Source of the DNA: an uncultured bacterium
Lineage (GTDB): Bacteria; Zixibacteria; MSB-5A5; UBA10806
Length of the DNA stretch: 64,000 nucleotides
Reading direction: 5' to 3'
Assembly (NCBI GenBank): GCA_965541585.1
Contig: CBEUCH010000017.1
Location: forward strand, 5,922-69,921
Shown here: positions 63,636-64,000 of the stretch, piece by piece
Numbering within the stretch: the first letter of the stretch is position 1
How the letters are laid out: each line of letters opens with the position of its first letter
The notes under the pieces: generated by a model
Database searches by the model: none
Told to the model about the DNA's origin: nothing
Seen by the model: the letters and a program-made list of their open reading frames with translations, nothing else
Translations under genes and position numbers: made by a program

Positions 63636-64000
63636 ATGAACAGAATTATTTTGGCAATCTTGATGATTTTCACCGTTTCTTCGGTCGCAAGCGCTTTACC
63701 GAATTTGCAGTTGTATATCGATGGCGCCGGCTATGACCACGATACCGAGACGTGGGTGATCGAGGGTGAATCGCAATTCGATCTATACGTTGTAGGGGCT
63801 ATCCCAACGGGTGAGGAGATGCTGGAGAACGTGAAACTGGTAATCTCCACCGACAGCGAAACCGAACCGGTCGGTACGGTTATGATAAACGGCAATTCCC
63901 TGCCTGACGACGGCTGGGAATTCGGCAGCCCTCCCTTCCCGCCGGTATTCCCGCCTCATGGCGTGTTTCCGGCTTGGTATTTCGTTCTTGATATCGATGG
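63636..64000 (+). CDS. secreted protein, 5' part only (runs off the window)
   Basis: My own translation: 'MNRIILAILMIFTVSSVASALPNLQLYIDGAGYDHDTETWVIEGESQFDLYVVG...', with a signal peptide and no stop before 64000. Absent from the ORF track because it is open-ended. Confidence 0.6.
   Translation, partial: MNRIILAILMIFTVSSVASALPNLQLYIDGAGYDHDTETWVIEGESQFDLYVVGAIPTGEEMLENVKLVISTDSETEPVGTVMINGNSLPDDGWEFGSPPFPPVFPPHGVFPAWYFVLDID

Noticed and set aside
1-64000. CRISPR arrays, transposases or IS inverted repeats, toxin-antitoxin pairs, restriction-modification systems or other known defence systems.
   Set aside because: I found no regularly spaced repeats, no DDE or HUH transposase, no RT or Cas-like ORFs and no small adjacent TA-like gene pairs. 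The only repeats seen are the two pairs reported above and the coding GXY repeats.

Overview
A 64-kb, densely coding bacterial chromosomal window of about 50% GC by eye. Many genes carry AGGAGG-type Shine-Dalgarno sites. The T9SS-type C-terminal sorting domain, PorV-like outer-membrane protein, GH57 enzyme and several sigma-54 activators suggest an uncultured FCB-superphylum-like lineage, but that is inference only.

Gene layout:
- 1-14.4 kb (+): conserved rimP-nusA-infB-DUF503-rbfA-DHH-truB-ribF-rpsO-pnp-M16 peptidase-DUF360-leuS block.
- 14.6-30.2 kb (mostly -): collagen-like lipoprotein, GH57, TPR protein, PorV-like OMP, tRNA-Arg(CCT), metallophosphoesterase, an unlisted 31-aa basic ORF, HU, FmdB zinc ribbon, SppA, LysM lytic transglycosylase, miaA, mutL, an orphan NtrC-type regulator and purF.
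- 30.3-32.5 kb (+): a DHp-only (HisKA without ATPase) protein and proline dehydrogenase.
- 32.5-37.3 kb: an insertion bounded by 187-bp direct repeats. It carries a hypothetical gene, a decayed integrase-like remnant, lgt and two secreted proteins.
- 37.1-40.6 kb (-): GAF/fRMsr-like, UROD/MtaA-like methyltransferase and YitJ-like HcyMT-MTHFR.
- 40.9-46.4 kb (-): degenerate GGDEF protein, NtrC-type regulator, REC-GAF-HK hybrid and GAF-HK.
- 46.9-64 kb: M50 protease, a large M36-like T9SS metalloprotease, two in-frame MetE-like halves, two small lipoproteins, a polytopic membrane protein flanked by 85-nt structured repeats, tRNA-Leu(CAA), a PAS/GAF membrane sensor, a porin, an FAD oxidoreductase, a YkgJ-type Cys-cluster protein, YhhQ, FabL-like reductase and a truncated secreted-protein gene behind a near-consensus sigma-54 promoter.

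Most interesting observations:
- The repeat-bounded insertion at the GAF gene 3' end.
- The 85-nt structured repeats around one membrane-protein gene.
- A back-to-back consensus promoter pair, one arm of which points into about 220 nt with no credible ORF.
- The unlisted bS22-like mini-ORF.
- The in-frame-stop MetE pair.
- Two promoters positioned for leaderless mRNAs.

I found no CRISPR array, reverse transcriptase, intact transposase or recognisable defence system. All calls come from reading the sequence and ORF translations; no searches were run.
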